Shown here: positions 11,290 through 24,897 of the stretch, in pieces
Numbering within the stretch: the first letter of the stretch is position 1
Layout of the letters: each line of letters starts with the position of its first letter
Source: Salisapilia sapeloensis CBS 127946
Taxonomy: Eukaryota; Protista; Oomycota
Length of the DNA: 56,121 nucleotides
Direction of reading: 5' to 3'
Assembly: GCA_023334545.1 (NCBI GenBank)
Contig: JAADVB010000114.1
Location: 1-56,121, forward strand
Position numbers and translations under genes: made by a program
The notes under the pieces: model-generated
Told to the model about the DNA's origin: nothing
Seen by the model: the letters and a program-made list of their open reading frames with translations, nothing else
Databases searched by the model: none

Positions 11290-12889
11290 GTCGCCGCGTG
11301 GATCTCGAAGCGCCTCTTTTCTCGTTTTGTTATACACGTGCGGATGATACTTTTGTGGATCAGTCGGTGTTTGTCTTGGAATAATATGTGGCGATGGTAG
11401 TGTATAGAGAAAGATGGGGAAGATCAGGTGAATCTCACAGGGACATACATGAAGGCTCGATGGATATGGGCATCGGCATGTCCGATTCTGTGGTATTAGA
11501 ATGCTAGTACGAAATGTAAATCATTGGGAAATGGTGAAGTAACTTTGCTTTTAGATGATTTTGTAGGGAATTGAAAGCGGAGGATGTGAAGACCATCTTG
11601 GTGTGTCTGCCATGACACAGTGGGAAGTGAGCTGCTGAAAAAAGGTAGACTACGATTCGACTATAGCAGCAAAGCAGAAATATTCATTCGGTGCTGTGAA
11701 AAAAAGGAGGCATGTACAGACGTTGAATTATATGTAGACCAAGAGTGCACGAGAAGCATACCTGTCCATCCACATTGTTATGTCAATCATTTCGTCACTG
11801 CTCGTTCAGCTTGCCAAACAATCAACCAGCCTTCTCTTCTAGCACTACATGACTACTTTGCGTTGTTAGTGAACTACTTGTTGCCGAATGGAAGACGGAG
11901 GATCGGCCATTCACACCTGACGACACGAACCTCGTGACGTTTGCGATACCATTGGAGATCGTTATTGTTTTCATGTGCTTTTGTATTAAATTTGTACAGT
12001 GGAAACAGATCTTTCCTTTCTTATTTCTTATGTTTCGATGAGCTGCGCAAGTGCTCTCCATCAGCAAAAAGTACATTTTCGTTGCTACCATGATCGTTAC
12101 GACGTGGACTCTACGTGATACTGCGCGTTTGATGCTCTCACATGGTGTGCACCAAACTTATGCCTGAGCCTTTATGCCTCTTTGCAAGGTGCTAGCCTCG
12201 TACCGGTAGTGGCAGCGATGAGAATCTCCACAATGAGCATTGCTTTTCTGTACGTCGGAGCATTTGTATAGCTCGTTCATTTAGAACAAACGATCAATAG
12301 ATAACGCTGTGCCATTGCTTAGATGCATAAAGGAAATACATCCAGGGTATAGTAGTCTCTGACAAGTGAGTTCTACACGATGCTAAGGTACCTGCCTGGA
12401 TGGAGCTAGATTACCGTTTTTCGCCTTGTGTTTTCGGCAGTATTTTGTAAGACAGGGTTCATTAAAGTTCAATTACACATACTATTTTGGTAATCTGATT
12501 CAAAGCACGAGGAGAAATGCAGGTTACCAGTACTTGTCTGGAAGAGATGCAAGGCAATGAAGCTGCCTTGTGAAAGACGAGAGCTCCGATTCCCCAAAAA
12601 TCACCTTTGGGTTTGCATTAGACTGTAACAAAAAACAAATAGGCTTGATCTGTAGCAATGCTGCTTGCTATACCGAACCAACTTCCGCATGCTGTCAACG
12701 ACATGCAATATCCCGGTCTTACATGCGTTGCTAGTCCTTCCAACATATGTAGCTAGCTCTAGCTGGCACAGCATTATTTTCGTGCAAAAATACGCTTCGT
12801 TTCTTAAAGTCTCAATGTAGCTTTCAATTCAATCAACTTCTACCAAACTTCAATTCAAGACATCCAAGAGCGTTCTACTACCTTACGTC

Positions 12890-13484
12890 ATGGAGCATGA
12901 GAGTGACAACGATAGTGTCGAGACTACGCTAAGTAGGAGCTCACCTCTCTCACCTTGTCTACTCAATCCATCCCCCGAATACCGCCCAAAGCAAAAAAAT
13001 AAAAGTAAATCCGATGGATCAAGCACAGTTCCTACCGCCGCATCAAAGCAGAGCATCGCGCGCTCCATTCTCTCACCAGCTTCGCAACTTGAGCTCCTCT
13101 CCCAAGTCAGCGCACTTGCAGAAGAGCGTCGAGGCAGTTTGAACCAGGAACCAAGTCGAGCCACAGTAGCACGCCGAAAAGGTCAACAGCAAGCATGGAA
13201 ATCGCTCGCAAGTCCGGTCAAGCGCACAAAGCGACGGAAACGCTCGGTTCAGAAGCGTTTAAAACCATCTAAGCAAGCGGAAAAGAGTCAAAACGTTCAA
13301 CCACGAAGCAATCACACCGACACAACAGTCACCTGGGAAGCATGCAGCGGTACGCTTGCACCACAGTCTACGCAATATCTAGCAGACTAAGTACATTCCC
13401 GTAGACGAGGACTTTGATGAGATAGAAGACGAGCTATGGACGTTTGAAGAGATTTCGAACTCCGATCTGAGCGACGGGGTGTGA
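12890..13484 (+). CDS. Hypothetical basic protein with an acidic tail (probably nuclear), 2 exons
   Basis: 166-codon ORF with KRTKRRKR. Intron 13350-13404 joins it in frame to DEDFDEIEDELWTFEEISNSDLSDGV*. Confidence 0.6.
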
Positions 13485-13582
13485 ACGAATACACGACGTA
13501 GAAGAGCAAGATCATCTTTATTTTCATGCGCTCTCTTTCCTCTTCTTACGACACAATTGTGACAGTTACAGGTTTTAGGACC

Positions 13583-15928
13583 TCAGTCTGCCTGGATAAG
13601 AGAGTCTTTCTCGGCATACCCGAGCTTCTGCAGCGCTTTTCGGGCAATCGATAGCGCATCCCTGTTTTCAATCGTCGGGGGAATGCGGTACGGGTTCGAG
13701 TCTGCGATCGCGTGGATGGTCGCGCGCATGACTTTGCCGGAACGAGTCTTCGGCAGTTCACTCACCACGCCGACGCTCTTGAGACACGCGAAGCTGCCGA
13801 CTTGTTCACGCACATTGGCAACAATTTGGTCCGTGATCTGCATACATCCACATCAGTCATCGTCTTGAACGCTAGAGATAAAGCAACATGTACCTCGTCA
13901 TGCGAACGCGAGATGTCGTTCTTTAAAACGACCAAGCCAACAGGAATTTGACCCTTCATTTCGTCCTTGGCGCCAAACTGCATGCATTTCACGTCATATT
14001 CCATTCAGCAATCAAATAGTAGAGCAAGTACGTACGACTGCACATTCAATGACTTCCGGAATGGACTGGATGACCTCTTCCAGCGATCCAGTCGCAAGCC
14101 GATGACCGGCGACGTTGATCATGTCGTCGCTTCTCGCCATGATCTAGCACATAGCATCAGTACCTAGCATCATCATATGTAGAACTAGTCCATACGTAGA
14201 GGTATCCGTCCTCATCAATGTGCCCCGTGTCTCCAGTGTAGTAGTATCCCGGATGTCTCGCCAAGTACTTGGCGTAAAAGTCCTCCTCATTCTTGTACAG
14301 CGTCGCGAGCGTTCCAGGCGGCAGCGGCAGCTTGACCACAATCTCCTGGTCTTCGCCTGCTTCCGTCTCATGGCGGTGACTGTGGTGCGGATCATCGTCT
14401 ACGCACTCGTCAGGCGTCCGCACCTGCACGTCATACCCGGGCACAGGCCTCGACACGGATCCCATCTTGATGCCAGGGAAAGATCCCGGCGGATCGTCCT
14501 GGTTCAGGCCGAGACACTGGGCCGTCATGGGCCACCCCGTCTCGGTCTGCCACCAGTGGTCCACCACTGGCACTTGGAGTTTGTCCATGTAAAAGTTGAG
14601 TGTGCGCGGATCTCCTCGTTCTCCCGCGACGAACATGGCTTTCAAGTTTGTCATCTTGTCCTTGTACGCTTTCAAGTAATCTGCGTTCGGATCGTCCTTC
14701 CGGATCGCACGCAGAGCCGTCGGAGCAGTGAACATGGCCTTGACGTTGTAGTCCGAGATGAGGCGCCAGTACGCACTCGCGTCTGGAGTTCCCACCGGCT
14801 TGCCTTCGTACAGCACCGACGAACTGCCTTGGAGCAACGGTCCGTAGAGGGAGTAGGAGTGGCCGACGGCCCAACCAATGTCCGATGCAGCCCAGAACGT
14901 TTCTCCGGCATGCGTGTCCAAGACGTTGGTCATCGTCCACTTAAGTGCCACTGCGTGTCCTCCATTATCACGTACGACGCCCTTGGGCTTCCCTGTCGTC
15001 CCGGAAGTGTACAGGATGTACAGTGGATCCGTCGCCAGCACAGGAACAGCATCCACCTTCTCGCCCATGGCCACCACGTCATTCCAGTCCATATCTTCAT
15101 TCGGACGGAGTTCCACTTGCTCCATCTCTCGCTGGTAAATGACGCACTTGCTCGGCTTCCACTTTGCCTTGTCGAGTGCTCCGTGCAGCAGCGGTCCGTA
15201 CTTGATCACGCCCTTTGGCTCGAGTCCGCAACTGGCTGCCACAACAACTTTCGGCTGCGCATCATCGATACGAGCAGCTAGTTCGTGAGACGCAAAGCCT
15301 CCGAAGACGACCGAGTGGATGGCTCCGAGTCGAGCACACGCGAGCATGGCCACGAGAGACTCAACCATGACTGGCATGTAGATGACCACTCGATCTCCTT
15401 TCTCGACACCAAGTTTCCTCAATCCGCCGGCAAATACAGACACTAGGCATCATCTGTTAGTACGTAAGAGAAGGTAGGCGTAAAAGATAGGTAGAACCTT
15501 GGTCCAGCATCTCTTGATACGTGTATGACCGCTGCGTATTCGCGAGCGGACTGTCGTAGTGGACTGCAACGGCATCCCCCCGGCCGTTTTGCACGTGGCG
15601 ATCCAATGCGTTGTAGCACGTGTTCATCAACCCGCCGGAAAACCATCGATGTGTCAATCCCATCGAGCTAGTCACTCTATATTAGTCGCTATACATGCAC
15701 AGTACAGGGGTATGCGTACTCGTCAAGCACTCGATCCCACGGCTTAAACCAGTCGATCTCAGTCGCGGCCTCAGCCCAGAAATCTTCCGGTGACTCGAGG
15801 CTCCGGCGGTACTGCTCACGGTAACTTGGTTTAGTCCGTGGCGTATCGTTGAAAACTGGCGCCGTCGTCGACGCCGCGTGGAAGGAGCGCTTCGAAAGGG
15901 CTGCGCGGCGGTGTGCTAGTCTCAGCAT
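13583..15928 (-). CDS. ACSS3: Short-chain acyl-CoA synthetase (ACSS3/PrpE propionyl-CoA synthetase type), mitochondrial presequence, 6 exons
   Basis: AMP-binding motifs YILYTSGTTGKPKG, DHWWQTETG, YYTGDTG and PKTRSGKVMR. The N-terminus MLRLAHRRAALSKRSF is transit-peptide-like. Five in-frame GT-AG introns. Confidence 0.92.
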
Positions 15929-16365
15929 GCTTGTCCAGGAGAGAGCAAAGGGAGAAATGACTTCAAGTGCCTCCGTGCCCAAGTTCAAGGAGCGGTACGA
16001 TGCGCTTGATGATTGGCAGAAACGCAAGCCATGGCGCTTGAAGATCAGACGAGACGGGTAGAAGATGAGTACCTGGTCGTTTCGATCCTGGACGGGTGTT
16101 ATCTTTTGTCTTATGCCGTCGACGAGCACCTCAGACCTAGTCCGATTGTGCAACTTGTCATAAGAATGAAACGTAAAAATATCTTGTGGAGGAATAGAGT
16201 ACATGCACAGCCCGTCAAGTGCTTCAGAAGGAGCTTTAGACTAGTTAAAGTAGACAGCAAACATACGTCTGATAAAGTTTATTTTCGGCATCGGCATGCT
16301 CCATTGTAATACGTTCTTGGTGACTGACTCGATTCGTATGTAGATTACCGCACCGGCATAGACTA

Positions 16366-16938
16366 CTACGGATACTCTTCGAGCGGGATGCTGTACGGCA
16401 TGCAGTCATAGTCCTGGTTGACACCGAGCCGGATGTCCCCAAGACGAGGAGGTAGCTGCACTTCTTGGATACGATAGTTTCGACCTGGTAGTCGCAACGG
16501 CTCCATGCTCTCATCTCTCGAGCAAGAAGCGTTCTGTACGCAGCAATTGTCAATGCACGGAGTCGCGGGCGCCACGACGGCAGTTCGTGCGAATATTTCC
16601 GATCGAATATCCCCCTTGGGCTGCAAGTCCCCTTCACGATAAGTACAATAGCCGTCTTTGCAGTACCCTTTCCGCGTGCAGAATAGAAAGATATCTGTCT
16701 TTTGCTTCATGCTGCACCCAATCTCTTGGAGACAGAGTCCCATCTTACTAGATGCAGTAAAGTTTATACTTGAAATATCGATAATTTGATTTTGGTCGTC
16801 GTACCTGTAGCACGGACACAAGTACCTCCGTGGATCTTGGTAGTGTGCCAAGCAATTCATCTTGCACTCTTCCACATGCTCTGGCAAGCATCCTATCGAC
16901 AGTATGAGCACACATAGCAGACATGTAGACAATTCCAT
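16366..16938 (-). CDS. Putative secreted cysteine-rich protein
   Basis: 190-codon ATG-initiated ORF with a hydrophobic N-terminus (MELSTCLLCVLILSIGC) and 17 Cys. I recognise no family, and it could be an antisense shadow ORF. Confidence 0.4.
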   Translation of the reverse strand: MELSTCLLCVLILSIGCLPEHVEECKMNCLAHYQDPRRYLCPCYRYDDQNQIIDISSINFTASSKMGLCLQEIGCSMKQKTDIFLFCTRKGYCKDGYCTYREGDLQPKGDIRSEIFARTAVVAPATPCIDNCCVQNASCSRDESMEPLRLPGRNYRIQEVQLPPRLGDIRLGVNQDYDCMPYSIPLEEYP

Positions 16939-17086
16939 GCACCTTCATGCCGAAGCTTGATCACTGGTTTCGTAACCTGCATCCAACCATCAGTTCGAAA
17001 AGATCTTATCATAGATACAACACATACTTGAGCCGAGCACGAATAGAGCAGCAGAGTCCAAGGCAGGAAGGATAGCCACATCCGTG

Positions 17087-18226
17087 ATGCGTACGCCGTT
17101 TCACAGTATTGATGTACCACTAATGTACCATCTGCATGGTACAATCAAGTATAAGCGGCAAGTTATGAGTGCCAAGGACGGCGACGACGAGCCTTTGAGC
17201 GTTGCTAGTGTCTTTACGGACGTACGTTTGGCATCAACCTCTTCCGGCAGATCAGAAATAGTCATATAACCATGCATATGATGAAAATAGATGCTCGCAG
17301 TCAATGAAGACCTCATTTGTACCATCACGGAGTACCAGCAGCAAGACGACGTCGAAGGAGCTGCTGCGTACGCTCTGTCACTCACGCTCTATGATCCTTT
17401 GCATCTCAAAGTAGTGTACGTATAGACTGCAGCGAGTACTGCATCGACATTTGATGGAGATGGCAACGTTCGTCGACGCTGCCTTTGGCGTCTACTGCCA
17501 TTCCGACGTAAATACTTCCTACCGCCTTCCTCCTTACAGCAGCTAACACCCTACATGCAGTCGCAGTCTCTAGGCACATCGGATCAACCGAATGATAAAG
17601 CAGAAGCCCATGCGCAGGACACACTACCCTCTTTTCCTACCATGAAATGCAGTCCGAACGCCACACAAGGCGACAGCAGTGCTCTCCTCACGACTCTCTC
17701 TGCTCTCTCACGAGAACACGAGAGTGAAAAGAAACAAAAGCAGTGGATGGACATGTGGGAAAAGGTCCAGGCAGAAGAACAAGCCAAAGCAGCAGCCTCC
17801 GTCTCGGTCGTCCCACCGCCTCCAGCTCCGTCGGCTCCAACCCCACCACCTCCATCAAAACAGAAAAAGCAAAAGACGGCACCCCCAGAAGCCATGTACC
17901 AGTCTATAGCAAGCAAAGCACCAGTAGCACCTCCCAAAGTAATGCTCCCACCATCCTTCCTCTCCACTTTCCCGACACTCGTTCCTCCCATGTGGCCTCT
18001 ACCGACACTCGCGCCTCCCGTACTCGACGGTCGACAGCGCATCTACCGCCAATCCACCAGTACGTCTCCAATGCCTATCCGAATGCCTAGACTAGTAACA
18101 AGTATAGTAGAAAAATCGACGTTCAAGAGGACATGTGCCGACTGCAAGAAGCGCCACCACAGCTTCCACAAGTGTCGCGTGACACTGCAGCACACAGACG
18201 CCGACTGGCGGAATGCATCGCACTAG
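17087..18226 (+). CDS. Hypothetical Pro-rich protein with a C-terminal Cys/His motif; middle splicing unresolved
   Basis: Exon 17087-17221 splices via intron 17222-17290 into MLAVNEDLICTITEY..YDPLHLK. An in-frame TAG at 17423-17425 follows, then the same frame runs on into the 17555-18226 ORF, which ends CADCKKRHHSFHKCRVTLQH. Confidence 0.55.
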
Positions 18227-18285
18227 CACGAGTATTTAACAAGGAAAAACGTAAGATTTCGATTGCATTAGCTCTTCCACGCGCA

Positions 18286-20144
18286 TCACTAAAGCCACAA
18301 ACGTCAGCATCAAGACACAAGTATAAGACATTGACAACCTACCTCTTCCTCCTCTTCATCCTCTTCCTCCTGCGCCTGCGGGCGACGAGCATAGTACTGC
18401 TCCAAGTACTTGTTCGGGATCTTCTTGAGCTGTTCTTTCGGGAACGAACGGAAGAGCGACCACGCGAGGTCGAGCGACTCGTAGATGTCACGACTCTGGT
18501 ACGGTCCTTGCGCAATGAACTTGTTCTCGAACTTGTCGGTAAAGTTCAGGTACAAGTGGTCTTCAAGGCTCAGCGCTTCTTCTCCCACCACGGCCTTCAT
18601 CGCCTGCACGTCCTTCCCCGTCGCGTAGCTCGCATACTACATCGAGGTCAGCTACTAAGATCGCGATAGGAGCTATATATCTGCCTACCAATTGATTCGA
18701 CACGGCGCTATGGTCGTCTCGCGTCATGCCCTCGCCAATCGCACTCTTCATCAGACGCGAGAGAGACGGCAGGACATTGATCGGCGGGAACACCTTCCGG
18801 TTATGCAGCTGACCGTCCACGTAGATCTATAAAACCACATCAAGCACACGTCTGGCACCAGTATAGCAAGACACGGACCTGTCCCTCGGTGATGTACCCC
18901 GTAAGGTCCGGGATCGGATGCGTGATGTCTCCATTCGGCATCGTCAAGATCGGCAACTGCGTGATAGACCCATTGCGACCAGTGACGCGACCAGCACGCT
19001 CATAGATCTGCGACAGGTCCGTGTACATGTAGCCAGGGTATCCGCGTCGACCTGGTACTTCCTCTCTCGCAGCCGACACTTCTCGCAGCGCGTCGGCGTA
19101 GGAACTCATGTCCGTGAGAATGACGAGGACGTGCATATCACGCTCATACGCAAGGTACTCGGCAGTCGTAAGCGCTAGTTTCGGCGTAATGATGCGCTCG
19201 ATCGTCGGATCATTGGCGAGATTCATAAACAAGGCCGTGCGTTCCATCGATCCGCTTTCTTCAAAGTCATTCCGGAAGAACCGAGCCGTCTCCATGTTCA
19301 CGCCCATGGCGCCGAAGACAATGGCAAAGTTGTCTTCGTGCGTGTCCACCACGTCCTTCCTCTTCACCAGTCCTGCTTGACGCACGATCTGCGCTGCAAT
19401 CTAGACATATAGACTATCAAAATGCTTCTTCCTTATCTTCTTAGCATGTCCTACGTACCTCGTTATGCGGGAGACCGGCAGCAGAGAAGAGAGGAATTTT
19501 TTGACCTCGCGCGATCGAATTCATCACGTCAATGGCCGAGATACCTGTCTGGATCATCTCCTTCGGGTAGTCTCGACAGGACGGGTTGATCGGCTGGCCC
19601 TGGATGTCCAAGTACTCCTCCGCGACGACCGGCGGCGCACCGTCGATGGGTTTTCCCGATCCGTTGAATGCTCTTCCGAGCATTTCTTCCGAAATCGGCA
19701 TCTTCATCACGTCTCCCGTGAACTCACAGTGCGTGTGGAGGTTGTCGATGCCGTCCGTGCCTTCAAACACCTGCACGACTGCCTTGGAGCCTTGCACCTC
19801 GAGCACTTGACCCTGCCGCATCTCCCCATTCGCCAACTTGAGGTTGACAATCTCCGCAAACTTTGGAAGCTACGACGTACCAAATGAGTTCATATACCTA
19901 TATAGACTCTTTTCTACCGGTAGCATGTACCTTGACGTTTTCCAGGATCACGAGCGGTCCATTGACACCCGAGATCGTCCGGTAGTCTATGGTCCATCTC
20001 TCGATCAATACACCATCCCATGGAATGAATCAGCCATATATAGATAGCTAGAGCTTTATACTACGCACCAACTCGTGGCTCGACATAGTAATCCCGCACC
20101 ACTGCCTGTGCATTCGCCGCAAACGCATCCGCCGCCGAGACCAT
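18286..20144 (-). CDS. VMA2: V-type H+-ATPase subunit B, 7 exons
   Basis: Motifs [63 protein letters not shown] and [20 protein letters not shown]. The six introns all splice in frame. Confidence 0.97.
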
Positions 20145-20171
20145 TTTTCTCCTTGGGAAAGATACAACTAA

Positions 20172-21739
<1,568 letters not shown>

Positions 21740-21809
21740 ACAAGAGAGGTGTTTTGGAGTGCACAGACATTGTCGTAACTTTTTTCATCTTTCATTCTCT
21801 CGTTCGAGT

Positions 21810-23673
21810 TCATTCTAGCCACGCACTTAGTTTCTTCATGTGGCAGTCGAGTGTCTTGATAGACAGGTCAGTCATGAGCTTTCTATGGGAGGAAGAGCAT
21901 GGGGGAAGAGAGTGGAGATGAAAGGGAAGCTGGGAAGCTGTCGTCTTTGTGACGGATGATGGGAGGTTGCGCTCTCTCTCGGCACTGGAGATCGTGTCGA
22001 GGATGTCGTCAAAGTTGGTCATGTTCGGACCGACCACAACCTTGCATCTATCGATGGCATGAGGGTTCTATTGTGTCTGGTAGTATCCTAGTGTCCATAC
22101 CCGTGACGTAGAGGTTCGATCGGATTGTGTCCTCCTCGAGAGCTAAAGGAGCCTACGTTTCGTCAGCCAGAGCTCGTGGGAAGAGAGAGGTAGACGTACC
22201 GCCCATGACGACAGTCGAGACGACACGAAAGAGCACATCTGTTTCCCCCTGCATTGCATTTGTATAAGACCCCTGTAGCAGAAGTACTAGGTGTAGCTAT
22301 GTGTACCAAGCTATCAACGATGAATATGTCTGTCGCGGGTGTCGGTAGTCTGTCTTTCGATCGAATAGAGACCTTCAGGTGTGGGTACTACCATCACATG
22401 TAGGTTACAACGAGTTACAGGGAAAAATTGCTTATACTTCTACCTTTTCATGGATATGACGCTGGATGGAAGGCACCCTATGTGGATGACGAGGAGCAAG
22501 GATCGTCAATAGATCATGTCCGTCTTGCCTGTTATGAACACTCTGGACATGAGCGTCTACCATAATCTCTTCTTCTCCCTTGTGCGTGCTCACTGCAAGC
22601 CACGCATGTCTGCTATCAATAGCACCATCCAATGCCTTCACTTGCTCTTTGTTCGTCCCTGTCGATGCACTCGCAGCTACCTACGATCAGCTCCTATCGA
22701 TGCGAACAGAAAGCGGACATGTATACCGAATTTAAGGTTGATCATATCCTCTGCTTTACTCGCACCAAGTTTCTGGAAGCGCTGCGTTTGCTGTTAAAGA
22801 CACACGAGGTCAGAGCTACCTGTAGACGCTTAAGGGAGATGCTAGACATACCGCAGAGCCTTGGCACAAGACCATGGAGAATGCAGGCATCCAGGAAGTA
22901 ATGAACGAATGCATGAATGGAAGCCGCCAGCAGCCAAACGATCGAGTGCTCACTCGACCATTGATAAGTCCTAGCGGTATCTATGACAACGTGAGTTTCT
23001 GGTCATGCAGAGGAGACTTTGGCGAGTATCCACCTTTCGTTTCGCTGCTTCTGTGATCAAAGTCGGCCACAGCTCCGATTCGATGAATAAACCAGCACTG
23101 TATCCGAATAATCGTCGTAAGTTTTATTTCTACATGTACTAGATAGATAGCTGGTACTCGATTCGCCACGTCTGATAGAACTTCTGGACACAGTCAACGG
23201 AGTCGAGTGGAGCAAAGACCACTGCCGTCCGATTCGTCTACCAGTATACACGTCAAACGCACTCCATGTACCAGAATCACTTTTAGACTACATTCGATAG
23301 ACGCTTGGCGAGGAGTGATCGTGCAGCGGCAGTGGTGGTCGACAGCACGACTCGAGGTTGCCATTGCTTCCATCCTAATACAGTCTCGATGATCGGAATT
23401 GCAGACAGGCATTCCCCCACCGAGGCTCCATGTATCCATATCGTAAATCCAGGCTCACTCCATCCATCTACCAGCATCTCAAGCACCGTGAGCCATTGAC
23501 ATACAGACGCTACCACCAACGCATTTACGGTATTTCTGATACACTCCGAAACGCTCCGAGGCTGTGATTGCATCCATGCCTCTTCGAATATCCTTCCTCT
23601 TCACAAACCACGCAATGAACGGGCGAGAGACCCGCCAGACGCCATGGTAGACCGCCAGCACCGCCGAGCTCAT
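21810..23673 (-). CDS. kdtA: 3-deoxy-D-manno-octulosonic acid (Kdo) transferase, KdtA/WaaA family, many short exons
   Basis: Exons reproduce KdtA motifs in the correct order: ERFG, IWIHGASVGE, VVLSTTT, FIESELWP, LINGRVS.RSF, NLKF, AWLAVSTHKGEE, LAPRHPHR, IVDSLGE, GGSFSSRGGHNPIEP and VGPNMTNFDDI. Confidence 0.88.
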
Positions 23674-23853
23674 CCTCTGTCCGTTACAACAAGATCTATC
23701 CACGTTTCTGATTCGCCGTGTCTATTTCCATTGGATGAAATTCTATATATAGATCTACGATTGGCTGAAATTCGACATCGAACCATCTACCTGACACTTT
23801 TCAATCCTCCTCTAGAGCCACAAGCCATCCGAGTACTCCTCTTTCCTACAGTC
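23674..23853. promoter_or_regulatory. Compact bidirectional promoter between kdtA and adenosine kinase
   Basis: 180 bp separate the two divergent ATGs, with two ATTGG (CCAAT-box) motifs 30 bp apart at 23730-23734 and 23760-23764. Confidence 0.5.
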
Positions 23854-24897
23854 ATGGTCAGCGCAGACGAACTCAAGCACAGCATCGTTGGTCTTGGTAA
23901 CCCGCTCCTCGACATTGTCGCTGATGTCGACGAAGCTCTCCTCCAAAAGTACGACCTAAAGCTCGACAATGCTATCCTGGCCGAGGACAAGCACCTTCCG
24001 CTCTACGACGAGCTCGCGAGCAAGTACAACCCCAAGTTCATCGCCGGTGGTGCCACCCAGAACGGTATCCGTGTGGCTCAGTGGATGCTCAAGCACATCC
24101 AGCCGTCAGCTACGTCCTTCTTCGGAAGCGTCGGCCAGGACGAGCACGCCAAGACGCTCCAGGAGTGCGCCGAAGGTGACGGTGTCCGCGTTCACTACAT
24201 GCAGCAGTCTTCTGCCGCTACGGGAACGTGCGCCGTGTGCGTCAAGGACAATGAGCGATCGCTCGTGGCCAACCTCTCTGCTGCCAACATGTTGGAGCCG
24301 AGCCACCTCGACAGCGACTACAGCAAGCAGATCATCTCCGAGGGTAAGATCTTCTACGTCGCCGGCTTCCCGCTCACGGTCACGCCGGAAAGCGTCTTGA
24401 AGATCGCCGAGCACGCCGCATCGAACGACAAGGTCTTCATGATGAACCTCGCCGCTCCGTTCATCGTCAGCGTCTTCAAGGACCCGCTCATGCAGGTCAT
24501 GGAGTACGCCGACTACGTCTTTGGTAACGAGACCGAAGCCAAGGAGCTCGGTAAGGTACAGGGATGGGGCGAAGATATTAAGGAGATCGCTCTCAAGGCC
24601 TCTCAGCTGCCGAAGAAGTCGAGCACCCGCGGCCGCACCGTCATCTTCACGCAGGGCGCTGAACAGACAATCGTCGCGCGTGACGGCAAGGTCGAGACCC
24701 ACGCCGTGCCTCAGATGGACACGTCCAAGATCATCGACTCGAACGGCGCCGGAGATGCCTTCGTCGGAGGTTTCCTCTCGCGCTTTGCTCTCGGCAAGTC
24801 CATTGCCGACTGCGTCCAGGCTGGCCACTGGTCTGCGCAGGTGGTCATCACCTGCTCGGGCTGTGCCTTCCCGAAGGAGTGCACCTACAAGGATTAA
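23854..24897 (+). CDS. ADK: Adenosine kinase (PfkB family), intronless
   Basis: Motifs GLGNPLLDI, AGGATQNGIRVAQW, DYVFGNETEA and IIDSNGAGDAFVGGFL. Strong NNC codon bias. Confidence 0.97.
   Translation: MVSADELKHSIVGLGNPLLDIVADVDEALLQKYDLKLDNAILAEDKHLPLYDELASKYNPKFIAGGATQNGIRVAQWMLKHIQPSATSFFGSVGQDEHAKTLQECAEGDGVRVHYMQQSSAATGTCAVCVKDNERSLVANLSAANMLEPSHLDSDYSKQIISEGKIFYVAGFPLTVTPESVLKIAEHAASNDKVFMMNLAAPFIVSVFKDPLMQVMEYADYVFGNETEAKELGKVQGWGEDIKEIALKASQLPKKSSTRGRTVIFTQGAEQTIVARDGKVETHAVPQMDTSKIIDSNGAGDAFVGGFLSRFALGKSIADCVQAGHWSAQVVITCSGCAFPKECTYKD

Noticed and set aside
14160-14200. C box (ATGATGA) and D box (CTGA) inside an ACSS3 intron, suggesting a snoRNA
   Set aside because: The boxes are only about 10 nt apart in a ~52-nt intron, too short for a C/D snoRNA.
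14220-15281. 353-aa plus-strand ORF, and similar long antisense ORFs (24106-24828, 38998-39912, 40087-40935, 7275-8208, 33365-34174)
   Set aside because: They are antisense shadows of strongly codon-biased real genes, with Arg/His/Val-rich nonsense composition and no motifs.
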